NCBI GenBank assembly: GCA_964526475.1
Contig: CAZGKF010000002.1
Span: 66,562-130,561, forward strand
Direction of reading: 5' to 3'
Length of the DNA: 64,000 nucleotides
Origin: an uncultured Bacteroidaceae bacterium
GTDB lineage: Bacteria; Bacteroidota; Bacteroidia; Bacteroidales; GCA-2748055
Below the pieces are notes generated by a model. It worked only from the letters and a program-made list of their open reading frames with translations, had not been told where the DNA came from and did not search any database. Every line of letters starts with the position of its first letter. Within the stretch, counting starts at the first letter, position 1. This document shows, piece by piece, positions 1 through 10,601 of this stretch. The translations under genes were made by a program, and so were the position numbers.

Positions 1-193
1 TACCTATTTCACGTATTGATTCAGCGAGTTCATCGAGTGACTCATCATCAAATTTCGATCTGGGTTGCCATGGATTGGTTTCTATGTCTTCAACAGCAAT
101 TTCATCTATCGAAGATAGCATCTTCACATCATCTTTGCCGGCATCCTCAATAAGGGCACCTAATCCCCTCCCTAATGCATTTTTTTTTGCCAT
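1..193 (-). CDS. parB: Chromosome partitioning protein ParB, N-terminal part (gene runs off window start)
   Basis: Manual translation from the ATG at 193-191 gives MAKKNALGRGLGALIEDAG...IETNPWQPRSKFDDESLDELAESIREIG, with the canonical ParB GRGLxALI and NPxQPR boxes. It starts 9 nt downstream of the parA stop. Confidence 0.85.
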   Translation of the reverse strand, partial: MAKKNALGRGLGALIEDAGKDDVKMLSSIDEIAVEDIETNPWQPRSKFDDESLDELAESIREIG

Positions 194-202
194 ATCTATA
201 AT

Positions 203-1003
203 TTATTCTAAAACCTTTTCTTTGTTACTTATCTGAGTTTGTTCATTTTTCTGCAGTATCTCCCTTGCAAGATTTAAATAATTCATTGATCCCTTTGACT
301 CTGCATCATACATGATAACTGGTTTACCAAAACTGGGAGCTTCACTAAGCTTGATATTCCTTTGAATGATTGTCTCAAAAACCATCTCCTGGAAATGTTT
401 GCGAACTTCCTCTACAACCTGGTTTGATAACCTGAGTCTTGAATCGTACATTGTAAGTAGAAAACCTTCGATCTCAAGCGCAGTATTCAACCTGCTCTGA
501 ATTATCTTAATAGTATTTAAAAGCTTCCCTAATCCTTCCAGAGCAAAATACTCACATTGAACAGGGATGATCAGAGAATCGGCAGCTGTAAGTGAATTTA
601 CGGTTATAAGACCTAGTGAGGGAGAACAGTCTATAAGTACAAAGTCATATTTATCCTTAACTTTATCGATTACCTTTTTTAGAATATATTCCCTTTCCGG
701 CATATTTAGCATTTCAATTTCAGCTCCTACAAGATCTATGTGTGAAGGTATCATATCCAGGTTCCCCAGTTCACTGTTCAGAATTATCTTATTAGGATCA
801 ACATTATCAATCAAACACTCGTATATGCTTGTTTTAATGTTTCTCAATTCAAAACCTGAACCGGAAGTTGCATTTGCCTGCGGGTCAGCGTCCACAATCA
901 ATACTTTCTTCTCAAGCACAACAAAGCTTGCGCCAAGGTTAATAGCTGTCGTTGTTTTACCAACCCCGCCTTTCTGGTTTGCCAGTGCAATTACTTTTCC
1001 CAT
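203..1003 (-). CDS. parA: ParA/Soj chromosome partitioning ATPase
   Basis: 266 aa with deviant Walker A NQKGGVGKTTT and the DADPQAN motif. Sits directly upstream of parB. Confidence 0.9.
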   Translation of the reverse strand: MGKVIALANQKGGVGKTTTAINLGASFVVLEKKVLIVDADPQANATSGSGFELRNIKTSIYECLIDNVDPNKIILNSELGNLDMIPSHIDLVGAEIEMLNMPEREYILKKVIDKVKDKYDFVLIDCSPSLGLITVNSLTAADSLIIPVQCEYFALEGLGKLLNTIKIIQSRLNTALEIEGFLLTMYDSRLRLSNQVVEEVRKHFQEMVFETIIQRNIKLSEAPSFGKPVIMYDAESKGSMNYLNLAREILQKNEQTQISNKEKVLE

Positions 1004-1410
1004 GAATATGTATTTTTCCCAAATTAAACAGAAAATTAAATGGACACAAATTTACTATTTTAAAATCTGTCTTTACCTGCCTTATCATTTCTGTTGTAAA
1101 CATTTTATTTTACCGTTATGAACATGATATTAACATGCGTGCTTTATTTCAAATATAAGACATATCATTGATCTTCAATTTACGAATGTAATTAATTTGA
1201 TAAATACTGATACAGTAATAGTTTATTAAAAGTAAAATTATTACATAAACGAGGTTCTAAAAAAATGATTTTCAACTTAATCCGGTGAACTTGATGATGT
1301 CATTTTATTTGTATTGACTATTCCGATATTAATCTCATGGATTTCACTGCTGAAATGAAAATAAAAATAAATGTATATTTGTAATTGCTAATTTCAAAAA
1401 GAAAACCGGG

Positions 1411-2349
1411 ATGACAAAAGATGAATGGCTTGTTATAGTCAATCCCAATGCAGGCACAGGAAAATGTAAAAAAGACTGGCCTCTGATTAACTCTATCCTG
1501 AAAAGCAGAAACTTCAGTTATTCCAGTGTTATGACTGAAAGAAGGTTTCATGCCATCCTGCTTACCAGAAACCTGATTAAAGAGGGTTACAGAAAGATTA
1601 TTGTGGTAGGAGGGGATGGCACTCTCAACGAAGTTATAAACGGGATATTTGCACAGAGTAGTTGTCCTTCTGATGATATTGTCATTGGGATGATTCCTGT
1701 TGGAACAGGTAATGACTGGGCAAGGATGTTTTCTATTCCACTTGATTATGAAAAAGCGGCCGACACAATCAAAGAACAAAAAGTTTTTCTGCAGGATGTG
1801 GGAAAAGTTCTTTTCTGCATTAAAAATAAACTCTTCAACAGGTATTTCATAAATATTGCAGGAACCGGTTTTGATGCTATTGTGGCAAAAAAAACTAATA
1901 CTCTGAAAGAGAAAGGAAAATCAGGAACACTGCTTTATTTCTATAATATTTTCACCTGTTTGCTGGGATATCGTTCTTCCGGTGTTACTATTGAAATTGA
2001 CGGTGAAAAATTCAAAGATGATATATTCAGTTTAAATATCGGAATTTGTAAATTTAATGGTGGGGGAATGATGCAGGTCCCAAATGCTGACCCTGCAGAT
2101 GGACTTTTTGACATAACTGTAATCCGAAAGATTGGCAAATTTTCTGTAATCCGCAATATCGGAAGATTATATAATGGAACCATAATCCGCCATCCGCGTG
2201 TACGTTCAATGAGAGGAAAATCAGTATGCGTTTATTCAAGTTCCCCCGTTTACCTGGAAACAGACGGAGAGAGTCTTGGTCATTCTCCTTTTGAGTTTGA
2301 AATTATTCCCGGAAGCTTAAGAATTATTCAGGGCAGGGCTATTGCCTGA
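1411..2349 (+). CDS. Diacylglycerol/lipid kinase family protein (YegS/BmrU-like)
   Basis: 312 aa with VVGGDGTLNEV and PVGTGNDWAR motifs of the DAGK catalytic domain. Confidence 0.75.
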   Translation: MTKDEWLVIVNPNAGTGKCKKDWPLINSILKSRNFSYSSVMTERRFHAILLTRNLIKEGYRKIIVVGGDGTLNEVINGIFAQSSCPSDDIVIGMIPVGTGNDWARMFSIPLDYEKAADTIKEQKVFLQDVGKVLFCIKNKLFNRYFINIAGTGFDAIVAKKTNTLKEKGKSGTLLYFYNIFTCLLGYRSSGVTIEIDGEKFKDDIFSLNIGICKFNGGGMMQVPNADPADGLFDITVIRKIGKFSVIRNIGRLYNGTIIRHPRVRSMRGKSVCVYSSSPVYLETDGESLGHSPFEFEIIPGSLRIIQGRAIA

Positions 2350-2354
2350 GGAAC

Positions 2355-3464
2355 TTATAATTTAATTAATTCTATCTGAAATATTTTCGGCCAGTATTTT
2401 CCTGTTACAAACAACCTCCTTCCCTCCTTGTCCCAGGCTATTCCATTTAAAACATCTATTCGTGAATGTTTGTCTTCCGGTTTTAATATACCCGTCAGAT
2501 CAATTTTACCTTCTACCCTCCCCGATTCGGGATCAATAATAACTATTTCGTCTGTAAGATAGCGGTTACCCCAAATTTTATTATCAATCCATTCGAGTTC
2601 ATTAATGGCAACTACCTGTCCATTGTGATCCATTACTTCAATCTTTCTGTTTACACTGAAATACTGTGGGTCCATAAAATATATAATGTTTGTTCCGTCA
2701 CTCAGTATCACCTCTTCACCATTATTTGCCAAACCCCATGCTTCTATATTCTGATAGTATATTTTTCTGATCAGTTCAAAAGTTCTAAGATTATATACAA
2801 ACCCAAGCTGTGAACGATATGTAACCTGATAAATATTATCATTAAATATAGTTATTCCCTCTCCAAAAAATTCAGAGGATATAGTACGAGCCATCAGTAC
2901 TTGTCCTGTAAGCATTTCTGTTTTCCTGACAGATGACTCGCCATACTGACCTGTTCCCTCATAGAAATAGCCTTCATGATATTCAAAACCTTGTGTAAAA
3001 GCTCTTTTGTCATGGGGAAATTCCTTTATTACCCGAAAAGCATATCTATCTGGTACGATATCTGATAAAACTTCAATCTGGGAGGAATAACTCTCCACCT
3101 TTCCGGAGTTCAGATGAACAACTGCGCGCAGATTTTTTATTCCGGGTAATATACCCTTTAAACTGATACTTGCAGTCAGCAAATCTTCACCCAGGAAAAT
3201 TAAAGGGCGGGAATCAAAAAAGATAATTGTAGAATCAATATGTTTTATTGAATCAATCCATTCCATTCTGATGGAAAAGGTCTGGCCAGTGGGTATCTTT
3301 TCCATGAAACCCGGACTGACCAGCTGCAAATGCCTGGCTTCCGGTGCAGTTTTACGATTATTATGCCCGGATCTTACTGCTCTTGTTCCTTCTCCGTTAC
3401 ATGCAAAGAGAACTAAAATACTAATACATAAAATTGCAATCCGGAAGGAAATTGATTGAAACAT
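2355..3464 (-). CDS. Glutaminyl-peptide cyclotransferase (beta-propeller type), lipoprotein
   Basis: 369 aa. Has a signal peptide with a lipobox-like FACNG. The FTQGFEYHEGYFYEGTGQYGESSVRK block is typical of plant/bacterial glutamine cyclotransferases. Confidence 0.65.
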   Translation of the reverse strand: MFQSISFRIAILCISILVLFACNGEGTRAVRSGHNNRKTAPEARHLQLVSPGFMEKIPTGQTFSIRMEWIDSIKHIDSTIIFFDSRPLIFLGEDLLTASISLKGILPGIKNLRAVVHLNSGKVESYSSQIEVLSDIVPDRYAFRVIKEFPHDKRAFTQGFEYHEGYFYEGTGQYGESSVRKTEMLTGQVLMARTISSEFFGEGITIFNDNIYQVTYRSQLGFVYNLRTFELIRKIYYQNIEAWGLANNGEEVILSDGTNIIYFMDPQYFSVNRKIEVMDHNGQVVAINELEWIDNKIWGNRYLTDEIVIIDPESGRVEGKIDLTGILKPEDKHSRIDVLNGIAWDKEGRRLFVTGKYWPKIFQIELIKL

Positions 3465-3466
3465 GA

Positions 3467-3901
3467 TTATTTAAATAACATTTTTATCCACCTGATCAAA
3501 GAAGGCCTTCCTTCGGTAAGCATGCGTAATTCCATCTCAGATGTCATATTCGTTGAAGGATTCAGCATCCTCCATATTTCTCCCCAACCATGAAACCCTC
3601 CAACATTTCTGTCATCAATAAAAACATCGGCCATGATCTTCCGGCTTAATTCCTTTTCATTAAATACTTCCTCAGGATAACTCTTGTTTACTGCATAAAA
3701 TTCCACTCCATTTTTCCGGCAATATTCAACAGCTTCATCAAGTTCTTTCCCGGATCTGAAGGTCCAGAGGATTAACTGATGATTTTGTTTTTGAAGAGCT
3801 TTGAGAGTATCAAACGCAAAAAGCATCTCTTTCCCAATAGCAGGATATTGGTGCTCAACAATGGTGCCATCAAAATCTACAGCAATTTTCATCAATAACA
3901 A
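3467..3901 (-). CDS. HAD-like fold small protein (DxDGT motif)
   Basis: ORF of 144 aa. The likely true start is MKIAVDFDGTIVEH at 3892. DFDGT and FIDDR resemble HAD motifs I and IV. Function unknown. Confidence 0.4.
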   Translation of the reverse strand: MLLMKIAVDFDGTIVEHQYPAIGKEMLFAFDTLKALQKQNHQLILWTFRSGKELDEAVEYCRKNGVEFYAVNKSYPEEVFNEKELSRKIMADVFIDDRNVGGFHGWGEIWRMLNPSTNMTSEMELRMLTEGRPSLIRWIKMLFK

Positions 3902-3964
3902 AGTATGAAAATATTTTGGAAAAAACCAAAATAAGTGTTTGGAAGAATACTATTTTTTTGCGAA

Positions 3965-4885
3965 TTATTGCACTGAAAAAAGATCATCAATTGAAAGATA
4001 TCGTTCCCCTGTATCATAGCAGAAGGTAAGAATTCGTGATCCATCCTGAAGTTCTTTTATCTTTTTACTCACTGCAGCTAATGAAGCTCCGGAGGATATC
4101 CCAATAAAAAGTCCTTCTTCTTTTGCTGCCCTGCGGGTAAATTCAAAAGCTTCTTCCTTGCTTACCCGGATTGTTCCATCCAGTAATTCTGTATGCAGAT
4201 TCGGGGGAATAAATCCTGCCCCGATTCCCTGTATAGGATGCGGTCCTGGTTCCCCTCCGCTTATCACTGGAGAGAGTTCAGGCTCAACAGCAAAAACCTT
4301 AATCTGAGGGAACTTCTCCTTTAACACTCTTGCAACACCCGTAATATGTCCTCCTGTGCCGACTCCTGTTATGAGATAGTCAAAACCATCCGGAAAATCA
4401 TTCAGAATCTCCTGAGCGGTGGCGGTCGCATGAATATCGGGGTTAGACGGGTTTTCAAATTGTAATGGCATCCAGGCTCCGGGTATTGATTCCACAAGTT
4501 CCCGTGCCCTTGCAATGGAGCCTTTCATCCCAAGTGTCCGTGGGGTAAGTTCAATTTCAGCACCATAAGCAGTCATGATACTCCTTCGTTCAACAGACAT
4601 TGATTCCGGCATTACGAGTATTAAACGGTATTTCTTCACTGCGGCCACCATAGCCAGACCTATCCCTGTATTGCCGCTTGTTGGTTCAATAATGACAGCC
4701 CCTTTCTTTAATATGCCCTTCTTCTCAGCATCTTCCACCATGCTGAGAGCAATACGGTCTTTTATGCTGCCACCAGGATTGGCCCTTTCAAGTTTAAGCC
4801 AAACCTTGTATCCGGAAGGATATAAATTATTAATTTTTACATGTGGAGTATTTCCGATGGTTTGGAGTATTGATTGTACTTTCAT
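3965..4885 (-). CDS. cysK: Cysteine synthase A (O-acetylserine sulfhydrylase)
   Basis: 306 aa with the PLP-lysine block NPGGSIKDR, the TSGNTG loop and GTGGHITG. Confidence 0.9.
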   Translation of the reverse strand: MKVQSILQTIGNTPHVKINNLYPSGYKVWLKLERANPGGSIKDRIALSMVEDAEKKGILKKGAVIIEPTSGNTGIGLAMVAAVKKYRLILVMPESMSVERRSIMTAYGAEIELTPRTLGMKGSIARARELVESIPGAWMPLQFENPSNPDIHATATAQEILNDFPDGFDYLITGVGTGGHITGVARVLKEKFPQIKVFAVEPELSPVISGGEPGPHPIQGIGAGFIPPNLHTELLDGTIRVSKEEAFEFTRRAAKEEGLFIGISSGASLAAVSKKIKELQDGSRILTFCYDTGERYLSIDDLFSVQ

Positions 4886-4923
4886 TGTATCACTGTTTTT
4901 ATAAATAACTAATATACTAAATT

Positions 4924-5757
4924 TTAAATCACCCAGTTCAAAGGTTCTTCAAAAGACTTACTGTCACGTATGATGGCTTTATGCTGACGATAAACAACAC
5001 TATGCGGAAGAACACTTTCAGTTAACCAGACATTACCCCCAATAATAGTGTCGTGACCTACAACCGTTTTGCCTCCGAGGATAGTACTACCTGCATAGAT
5101 AATAACATTATCTTCAATAGTTGGGTGGCGTTTGGTGTCTGCCATTTTCTTTTCCACATATATGGCACCAAGTGTGACCCCCTGATAAATTTTTACATTA
5201 TCACCCACCAGGGTTGTTTCACCTATGACAATTCCCGTTCCATGGTCGATAAAAAAATTCTTTCCTATTGTAGCCCCCGGATGAATATCTATCCCTGTTT
5301 TACCATGTGCATATTCACTCATTACCCTGGGTAGAACAGGAACCTTCAGATTATAGAGCACATGCGAAAGTCTGTGCACAACCAGGCTGTAAAACCCGGG
5401 ATAACAAAGAATTACCTCCTCAACTCTTTCTGCAGCAGGATCACAATGCATAAAAGTGTCTGCATCGTCAAGAAGAAGCTTATATACTTCCGGAAGTATC
5501 TCAAAAAATTCGGCAGCAAGCTCTTTCGGGGATTTATGAAGATCCTTCTCCAATGGGATCAGTAATTCCTTAAGCCTAAGTTTCATCCTGTCAAGTCTTA
5601 TCTCAATATCCCTCAGGTTAATGTTATTCTTTTCCTTTATAGGGAAAAGCAAGTAAACCATATCATCCACATATGCATGCGTATCTGTCATGGAGGGAAC
5701 ATCAGAACAATAATTACTGTTAATGCTGTATAAGAATTCTGCAAATTTTTTTCCCAT
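4924..5757 (-). CDS. cysE: Serine O-acetyltransferase
   Basis: 277 aa with a left-handed beta-helix hexapeptide region ([27 protein letters not shown]). Adjacent to cysK. Confidence 0.85.
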   Translation of the reverse strand: MGKKFAEFLYSINSNYCSDVPSMTDTHAYVDDMVYLLFPIKEKNNINLRDIEIRLDRMKLRLKELLIPLEKDLHKSPKELAAEFFEILPEVYKLLLDDADTFMHCDPAAERVEEVILCYPGFYSLVVHRLSHVLYNLKVPVLPRVMSEYAHGKTGIDIHPGATIGKNFFIDHGTGIVIGETTLVGDNVKIYQGVTLGAIYVEKKMADTKRHPTIEDNVIIYAGSTILGGKTVVGHDTIIGGNVWLTESVLPHSVVYRQHKAIIRDSKSFEEPLNWVI

Positions 5758-6008
5758 GTTTCATCGAATTTACCTGCAAAAATAGTGAATTTATGCGACT
5801 TCAACGCTATGGGTAATTTAAAATATGCCCTGAAATCTTAAAGTGCAAAAGCGGCATTACACAATAAAAACTTATCTTTGCGAAAATCCGTGTATAAATC
5901 AGATATAAAAATAGCAAAAAGAACCATGTTAGTTGTGAAGTACTATAAAAAGCATGTTATATAGTTCAATAGTACCGATTTAATATAAAAAACAGGAGAA
6001 ATTACACT

Positions 6009-7532
6009 ATGAACAAGATTATAAATTCAACAATTTCTATAATCATTATTACCTCACTTGTTTTTTCAACAGGTACATGCAGCACTGATACAGTACCCAA
6101 GCCTGATGCATCGAATGACAATGTCGTAACAAGTGTAAAATTGGATAGGACAATATTAAAACTGACTGTCGGTGGCGAACCAGTAGCTCTCAGTGCATCA
6201 GTTAAACCAGAAAATGCAGTTAATAAAGAAGTGACTTGGTCATCAAGTGATAATAGCGTGGCAACAGTTTCAAACGGAGTTATTACACCGGTAGCTGAGG
6301 GTACAGCTTTCATCACCGTAACAACTGTTGAAAAAAACTTTACGGATATATGTGAGGTAAAAGTCATGGACTCAACAACATGGGATCCATTATCCGTAAC
6401 TGATCTGCCTGCAGCATTGAAAGTTAAAAATGTCAATAATCATGCAAGTCTTTTAAATGCACTGGCCACAGTAAATCCAGGTGATCATATTGTCCTTGCG
6501 GATGGAAATTACAGCGGCATTTCAATAAGTCGCTCCGGCACTAAAGATTTTCCTATCGTAATAAAGGCCGACAAGTTGCTTGGAGCTAAAATCACTTCAG
6601 GAAGTGTATCCATTAAAGCGAAATGGGTAATCGTATATGGTCTTGATTTTGTAGTTAGTAACATAAAAATAGGTCAGGATAGTCCGGCTGAAGATGTTTC
6701 AATATGGCGTTGCCGTTTTCGTGACAATACTGGTGGAACTAATGATACAGGGATGAAAAGTGCCATCAGAACCTACAATGCAAAGAGAGTTGACATTGCG
6801 TATATTGAAGTCACAAACTGGAAGGGAGGATTACTGTTTGGAACTAAAGATGGTTCACGCGACATAACAGTGAGGTATTCACTGTTCAAAAATACACCTA
6901 AGGGATATGTAGAAAATGGCTCAGAAGCTATACGGACTTTGTCCGGACAACCTGAACTTTTTCTTGAGGAAATTAATCTGCTTGTCCACCGGAACAGATT
7001 TGCTGAATGGAACAGTGATAGTGAAACTATATCCATCAAAAGCAGCAAGGTAATAGTGCGGCAGAATACACAGGAAAATTGTTGGGGCACATTTAATAAT
7101 CGGAACGGTTCCGGCAATCTTTTTGATGCCAATTGGTCTAAAAACAGCATGGGGATAGGCATGCATGACGGTGATGCAACTGTATGTAAACCTAATATCA
7201 TGATCGGCAACAAAGTTGAAAATGCAACACGTGGTCTTACAGCAAAGGGGGGAGATGCTGAACCTTGCACAAACACTCACCCTGGATGGGCAAAAGCTTA
7301 TGATCTATGGGTCAGCAGCAATATCACCATCAATTGCAGCCTGATCGTTGGCTTTAATTATACTGATCATAAGGGGAATAAGGTAAAAAGAACAGTTATA
7401 TATAACCACACCGGGAACATTGAAATGCGGGATGAAGAGGAAACAATAGACAATCGAAACCAGCCAGACCCAACCTATACCCCAGGTGAGCTTATCTGGC
7501 TTGAAGATAGTGATGTAGGACCAGATGCATAA
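6009..7532 (+). CDS. Secreted lipoprotein with a Big_2 domain and a right-handed beta-helix, PL6-like polysaccharide lyase (chondroitinase-B/alginate lyase type)
   Basis: 507 aa. Signal peptide plus Cys (STGTCS). Big_2-like VTWSSSDNSVATVSNGVITPVAEGTAFITV. The block LLNALATVNPGDHIVLADGNYSG...PIVIKA resembles the PL6 N-terminus. Confidence 0.5.
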   Translation: MNKIINSTISIIIITSLVFSTGTCSTDTVPKPDASNDNVVTSVKLDRTILKLTVGGEPVALSASVKPENAVNKEVTWSSSDNSVATVSNGVITPVAEGTAFITVTTVEKNFTDICEVKVMDSTTWDPLSVTDLPAALKVKNVNNHASLLNALATVNPGDHIVLADGNYSGISISRSGTKDFPIVIKADKLLGAKITSGSVSIKAKWVIVYGLDFVVSNIKIGQDSPAEDVSIWRCRFRDNTGGTNDTGMKSAIRTYNAKRVDIAYIEVTNWKGGLLFGTKDGSRDITVRYSLFKNTPKGYVENGSEAIRTLSGQPELFLEEINLLVHRNRFAEWNSDSETISIKSSKVIVRQNTQENCWGTFNNRNGSGNLFDANWSKNSMGIGMHDGDATVCKPNIMIGNKVENATRGLTAKGGDAEPCTNTHPGWAKAYDLWVSSNITINCSLIVGFNYTDHKGNKVKRTVIYNHTGNIEMRDEEETIDNRNQPDPTYTPGELIWLEDSDVGPDA

Positions 7533-7572
7533 AAAATATTACAGGAAAACTAAGCTGTTACTTTTTATTTCA

Positions 7573-9798
7573 TCATAATTCTAACCATTCGGTAAGAAGT
7601 CTAAATAATTCAGCACTTGATCCCGCTGAAGAAATTTTTAAATTATTATCAGCATTCTTATTCATGAAAGCTTTCCTTATTACGGATAAATCTTCTTCAT
7701 AACTATCCATTTTTGCAATTTCCCCTTTTGCATCAGTAATATTCACCATAAGCAGTTTTCCGGGTGCAAGAGTCGCTGAAAGATCGGGCAGATCATATGA
7801 TGCAAGGGAAGCCGGAACGGCTCCTGTAATAAATGAGGACTTGTAATTTTCAGTAAATGCCAGGGAACGGTATGAAGGATAGGGCTCAATCAAAGCCACA
7901 CGGGTAATAAGAGGGTTAAATGCTGCGGCGTGTAAAAGTACAGGAGCTATCTCACCCCTGGCAACACTGTAAATCTCATCAGGTTCTAGTTTTTCTTTTA
8001 ACAAAAGAGCCAGTCTGTTGACATCACCTGCCCTTATACCGACCATACTTCTGCCAATGAGTATGGTTGCATACCAAAGATTATGGGACGTACCGTTGAT
8101 ATATGCATCGCCCTTATAATCACCTGGCCCTGTCTCTCCCATTCCGATAAGGTCGGGAGAAAGAACTGTAAAGCCCTGCCTGACAAACCATTCCATTTCT
8201 CCTCCCTCTGAAGCTTCGGCCGACTTACCTGATGGGTGCAGATAGATAATAGCCCTGTTGTTAGGTTTTTCAGGTATCATTAACAGGTAAGGAACAGGGT
8301 AATTGCCTTCGCCTTTAACATGGTACTTCTCTATTATATATCCATTCCTCTCTAAACGTCCGCTAAAAACAGGCTTGTCAACATATTCCGGTTCAAGGTA
8401 ACCACATAAATTTTTAGCCGATTCAATTACCCCGGGTAAATGTGTATTCATTTCCGCTCTGGATGAATTTAATTTATCCATGAGTTTTTCAGCATCTTTC
8501 CTGTTTACACTGAATGCCGTTTCACTGTTAAAGGAAGAAACAACCTGACCTGTCGGTGTAACTCTTATTTCATCCTCACTAAGTAGCTCTACTTCCTCAT
8601 CCAGTGTACTTCCCGGGTTGTTAAGGTGATTCTGGAAAAAGGCATACATAGCCTCCCTGTTCTTTTTTGTGGAAGCATGTCCTGCAATATCTTCCACCCG
8701 GCCAAAGTTTTCTTCTTTACTATAGGCACTATAAATCAGGGAAACCTCTTTTTCTGTTTCCCTTGCTCCCTGCATATTGAAGAAGTCATTGGTGGTGGTA
8801 ACCATCAAAGCAGGTTTGGGAGCACGTACGGCCAGAAAGTCCGGATGATCAAATCCCCTCCTGACAGCAGATAATAAATTCTGCTCGGCATCCTGTGGCC
8901 CAATAGACTGGAATAATCTGGTAAAGTTTGTGATAAAACATTCCGGTGCAGCAGCATAAATTCGTTCATCCATTGCAGCAATTAGTGCGGTTTGTGTTCC
9001 TCCACCCGAAATACCGGTTATCCCGATTCTTATTGAGTCAACCTCTTTACGTGTCAATAAATAATCAACAGCTCTTATCCCATCCCAGGTCATATATCCG
9101 GCCATAGAATTGCCAGTAAGGAAAATTTGTGATCCGGGATAGGAATGCTCCAGTGTAGGCCAGAATAATTTTGACCGTTTTGTTTCAGGATCGTAATACT
9201 GAATACGCTCACCCTGTCCTATAGGATCAATCGCGAAAACAATAAATCCTTTTTTAACTAAGTTAATGATAAGATGCTGGAATGACTCCACACGGTATGC
9301 TGTAGCTGAATGTCCGCTGCAGTGAATGATGACAGGTGATCTTCCTTTAAGTTTTTTTGGGATAAACATGGAGGAAGTAACAAAATATCCAGGCCTCGAT
9401 TCAAAAATTATATGATCGACCTTGTAGCTGTCCTTTTCCACAGTTCTTAGAATTTTTGCATTCAAAGGAGTTTTTTCAGGAAATGGACCAATAATATCAT
9501 GTAAGGTTTCCTTAAGCCAGTCCTGCCGTTGTTGCCAGTCTGCCAAAGAATGTATTCCTGATATATCGTCTTTACGTTTCTCAAGATACTCATATGCCTG
9601 TGATGAAATATGCCAATAAAGTGAATTGGAAACATCACTGAACTGCATCCAGTTATGTTTGTTTTTGCCGGAATAAAGAATATCCAGTTCATCCTGTGCA
9701 TGAATAATGCTGTTTGCAAACAATAATACTAATAAAAAACAAAACATATCTCTTATCAAAAAAGCAGGACTGTAACCTGGTTTGTTAAACAATTTCAT
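7573..9798 (-). CDS. Secreted two-domain alpha/beta hydrolase (acetyl-xylan-esterase/peptidase S9-like)
   Basis: 741 aa with a signal peptide and nucleophile elbow GISGGG. A second alpha/beta-like C-terminal half contains DLIGMGETG. Confidence 0.5.
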   Translation of the reverse strand: MKLFNKPGYSPAFLIRDMFCFLLVLLFANSIIHAQDELDILYSGKNKHNWMQFSDVSNSLYWHISSQAYEYLEKRKDDISGIHSLADWQQRQDWLKETLHDIIGPFPEKTPLNAKILRTVEKDSYKVDHIIFESRPGYFVTSSMFIPKKLKGRSPVIIHCSGHSATAYRVESFQHLIINLVKKGFIVFAIDPIGQGERIQYYDPETKRSKLFWPTLEHSYPGSQIFLTGNSMAGYMTWDGIRAVDYLLTRKEVDSIRIGITGISGGGTQTALIAAMDERIYAAAPECFITNFTRLFQSIGPQDAEQNLLSAVRRGFDHPDFLAVRAPKPALMVTTTNDFFNMQGARETEKEVSLIYSAYSKEENFGRVEDIAGHASTKKNREAMYAFFQNHLNNPGSTLDEEVELLSEDEIRVTPTGQVVSSFNSETAFSVNRKDAEKLMDKLNSSRAEMNTHLPGVIESAKNLCGYLEPEYVDKPVFSGRLERNGYIIEKYHVKGEGNYPVPYLLMIPEKPNNRAIIYLHPSGKSAEASEGGEMEWFVRQGFTVLSPDLIGMGETGPGDYKGDAYINGTSHNLWYATILIGRSMVGIRAGDVNRLALLLKEKLEPDEIYSVARGEIAPVLLHAAAFNPLITRVALIEPYPSYRSLAFTENYKSSFITGAVPASLASYDLPDLSATLAPGKLLMVNITDAKGEIAKMDSYEEDLSVIRKAFMNKNADNNLKISSAGSSAELFRLLTEWLEL

Positions 9799-9899
9799 AA
9801 CTTAATTTTTTAATATTAATCCGATAAATATACTAATTTCTCCTGTTATCATCGTTGCAATATCCCTGGGTGGAAAACATTTGATATTTTCAAACGTTT

Positions 9900-10095
9900 G
9901 TTTGCTAATGAATTAAATTTCATTCGCTGAAGTTCGGTTCAACTCTGCCGTTACGAATGACAGCAAGGCTGCTATTCGAGAGGAGACCCCTCACTGACAT
10001 TGCCAATGACAACGACATTGCTAATTGAGGGAAGATATCTCGCTATCGCTCGATATGACAGGCTTTCGAAGGAATAAAGAGGGTAAAGGGCTTTT
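9900..10095. repeat. GC-enriched non-coding patch with reiterated (C/G)AATGACA-like units
   Basis: Contains cgaatgacagc, ccaatgacaacgacattgc and cgatatgacaggc, plus cactgacattgc. There is no ORF of meaningful length. It contrasts with the AT-rich flanks. Confidence 0.3.
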
Positions 10096-10101
10096 AAACT
10101 T

Positions 10102-10123
10102 AAGTACGAATATTTTCGTACTT
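10102..10123 (-). terminator. Hairpin downstream of the small ORF 10172-10378
   Basis: aagtacgaa-tatt-ttcgtactt forms a perfect 9-bp stem. The sequence is T/A-rich after the stem on the minus strand. Confidence 0.3.
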
Positions 10124-10171
10124 GCTTTTTAGGTTCCGCACCATAATAATTATTCCTGTTTTTATAAAATC

Positions 10172-10378
10172 TTAGTGAAAAGTTTTATTTTCAAGACAAA
10201 AATGAAGTCCCCCACTCCATGGTTTTGTAACATCAACCAAAGCGGTTTGCCCATAGCCGCCTCCTCCCATATCATAAATTTCATGGTATCTAAATTTCAT
10301 TTCTTGTCCAAAAATTTGCATTGAACAACTTAGCATAATTAAAACGATAAAACAATTTTTCATTATAGATTTGTTCAA
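10172..10378 (-). CDS. Small secreted hypothetical protein (68 aa, Gly-rich)
   Basis: N-terminal signal-like MKNCFIVLIMLSCSMQIFGQ followed by the GGGGYG segment. No recognisable family. Confidence 0.3.
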   Translation of the reverse strand: MNKSIMKNCFIVLIMLSCSMQIFGQEMKFRYHEIYDMGGGGYGQTALVDVTKPWSGGLHFCLENKTFH

Positions 10379-10489
10379 ATGAAATAAAACGATTAATGCT
10401 TTGTACTCTTGAAATTTGTTAATGACTTTTGTAATAAAAAAAATGTATTACTGATATCCGGTAATATCAAAAAAATATTTTATTACAAG

Positions 10490-10547
10490 AGATTTTTTAA
10501 CATTACAATCGCAGGACTAATTTCGACAAGATTTTTTAACATTACAA
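10490..10547 (+). repeat. Two perfect 19-bp direct repeats (agattttttaacattacaa) 39 bp apart, upstream of ubiE
   Basis: The copies lie at 10490-10508 and 10529-10547, read directly from the sequence. Confidence 0.6.
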
Positions 10548-10601
10548 AACCATTTCTTACAGATTCAATTAATTTTACCAAAAATAAAATAATTTCTATT
10601 A

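Noticed and set aside
567-1121. 184-aa ORF on the plus strand
   Set aside because: It is entirely antisense to the well-supported parA gene, has low-complexity composition and shows no motifs.
1004-1410. AT-rich 400-bp spacer next to parAB as a possible oriC
   Set aside because: I found no TTATCCACA-type DnaA boxes by eye, and no dnaA or dnaN is nearby.
6002-6436. 144-aa ORF on the minus strand
   Set aside because: It is antisense to the Big_2/PL6-like gene. Its Thr/Val-rich mirror composition is typical of shadow ORFs.
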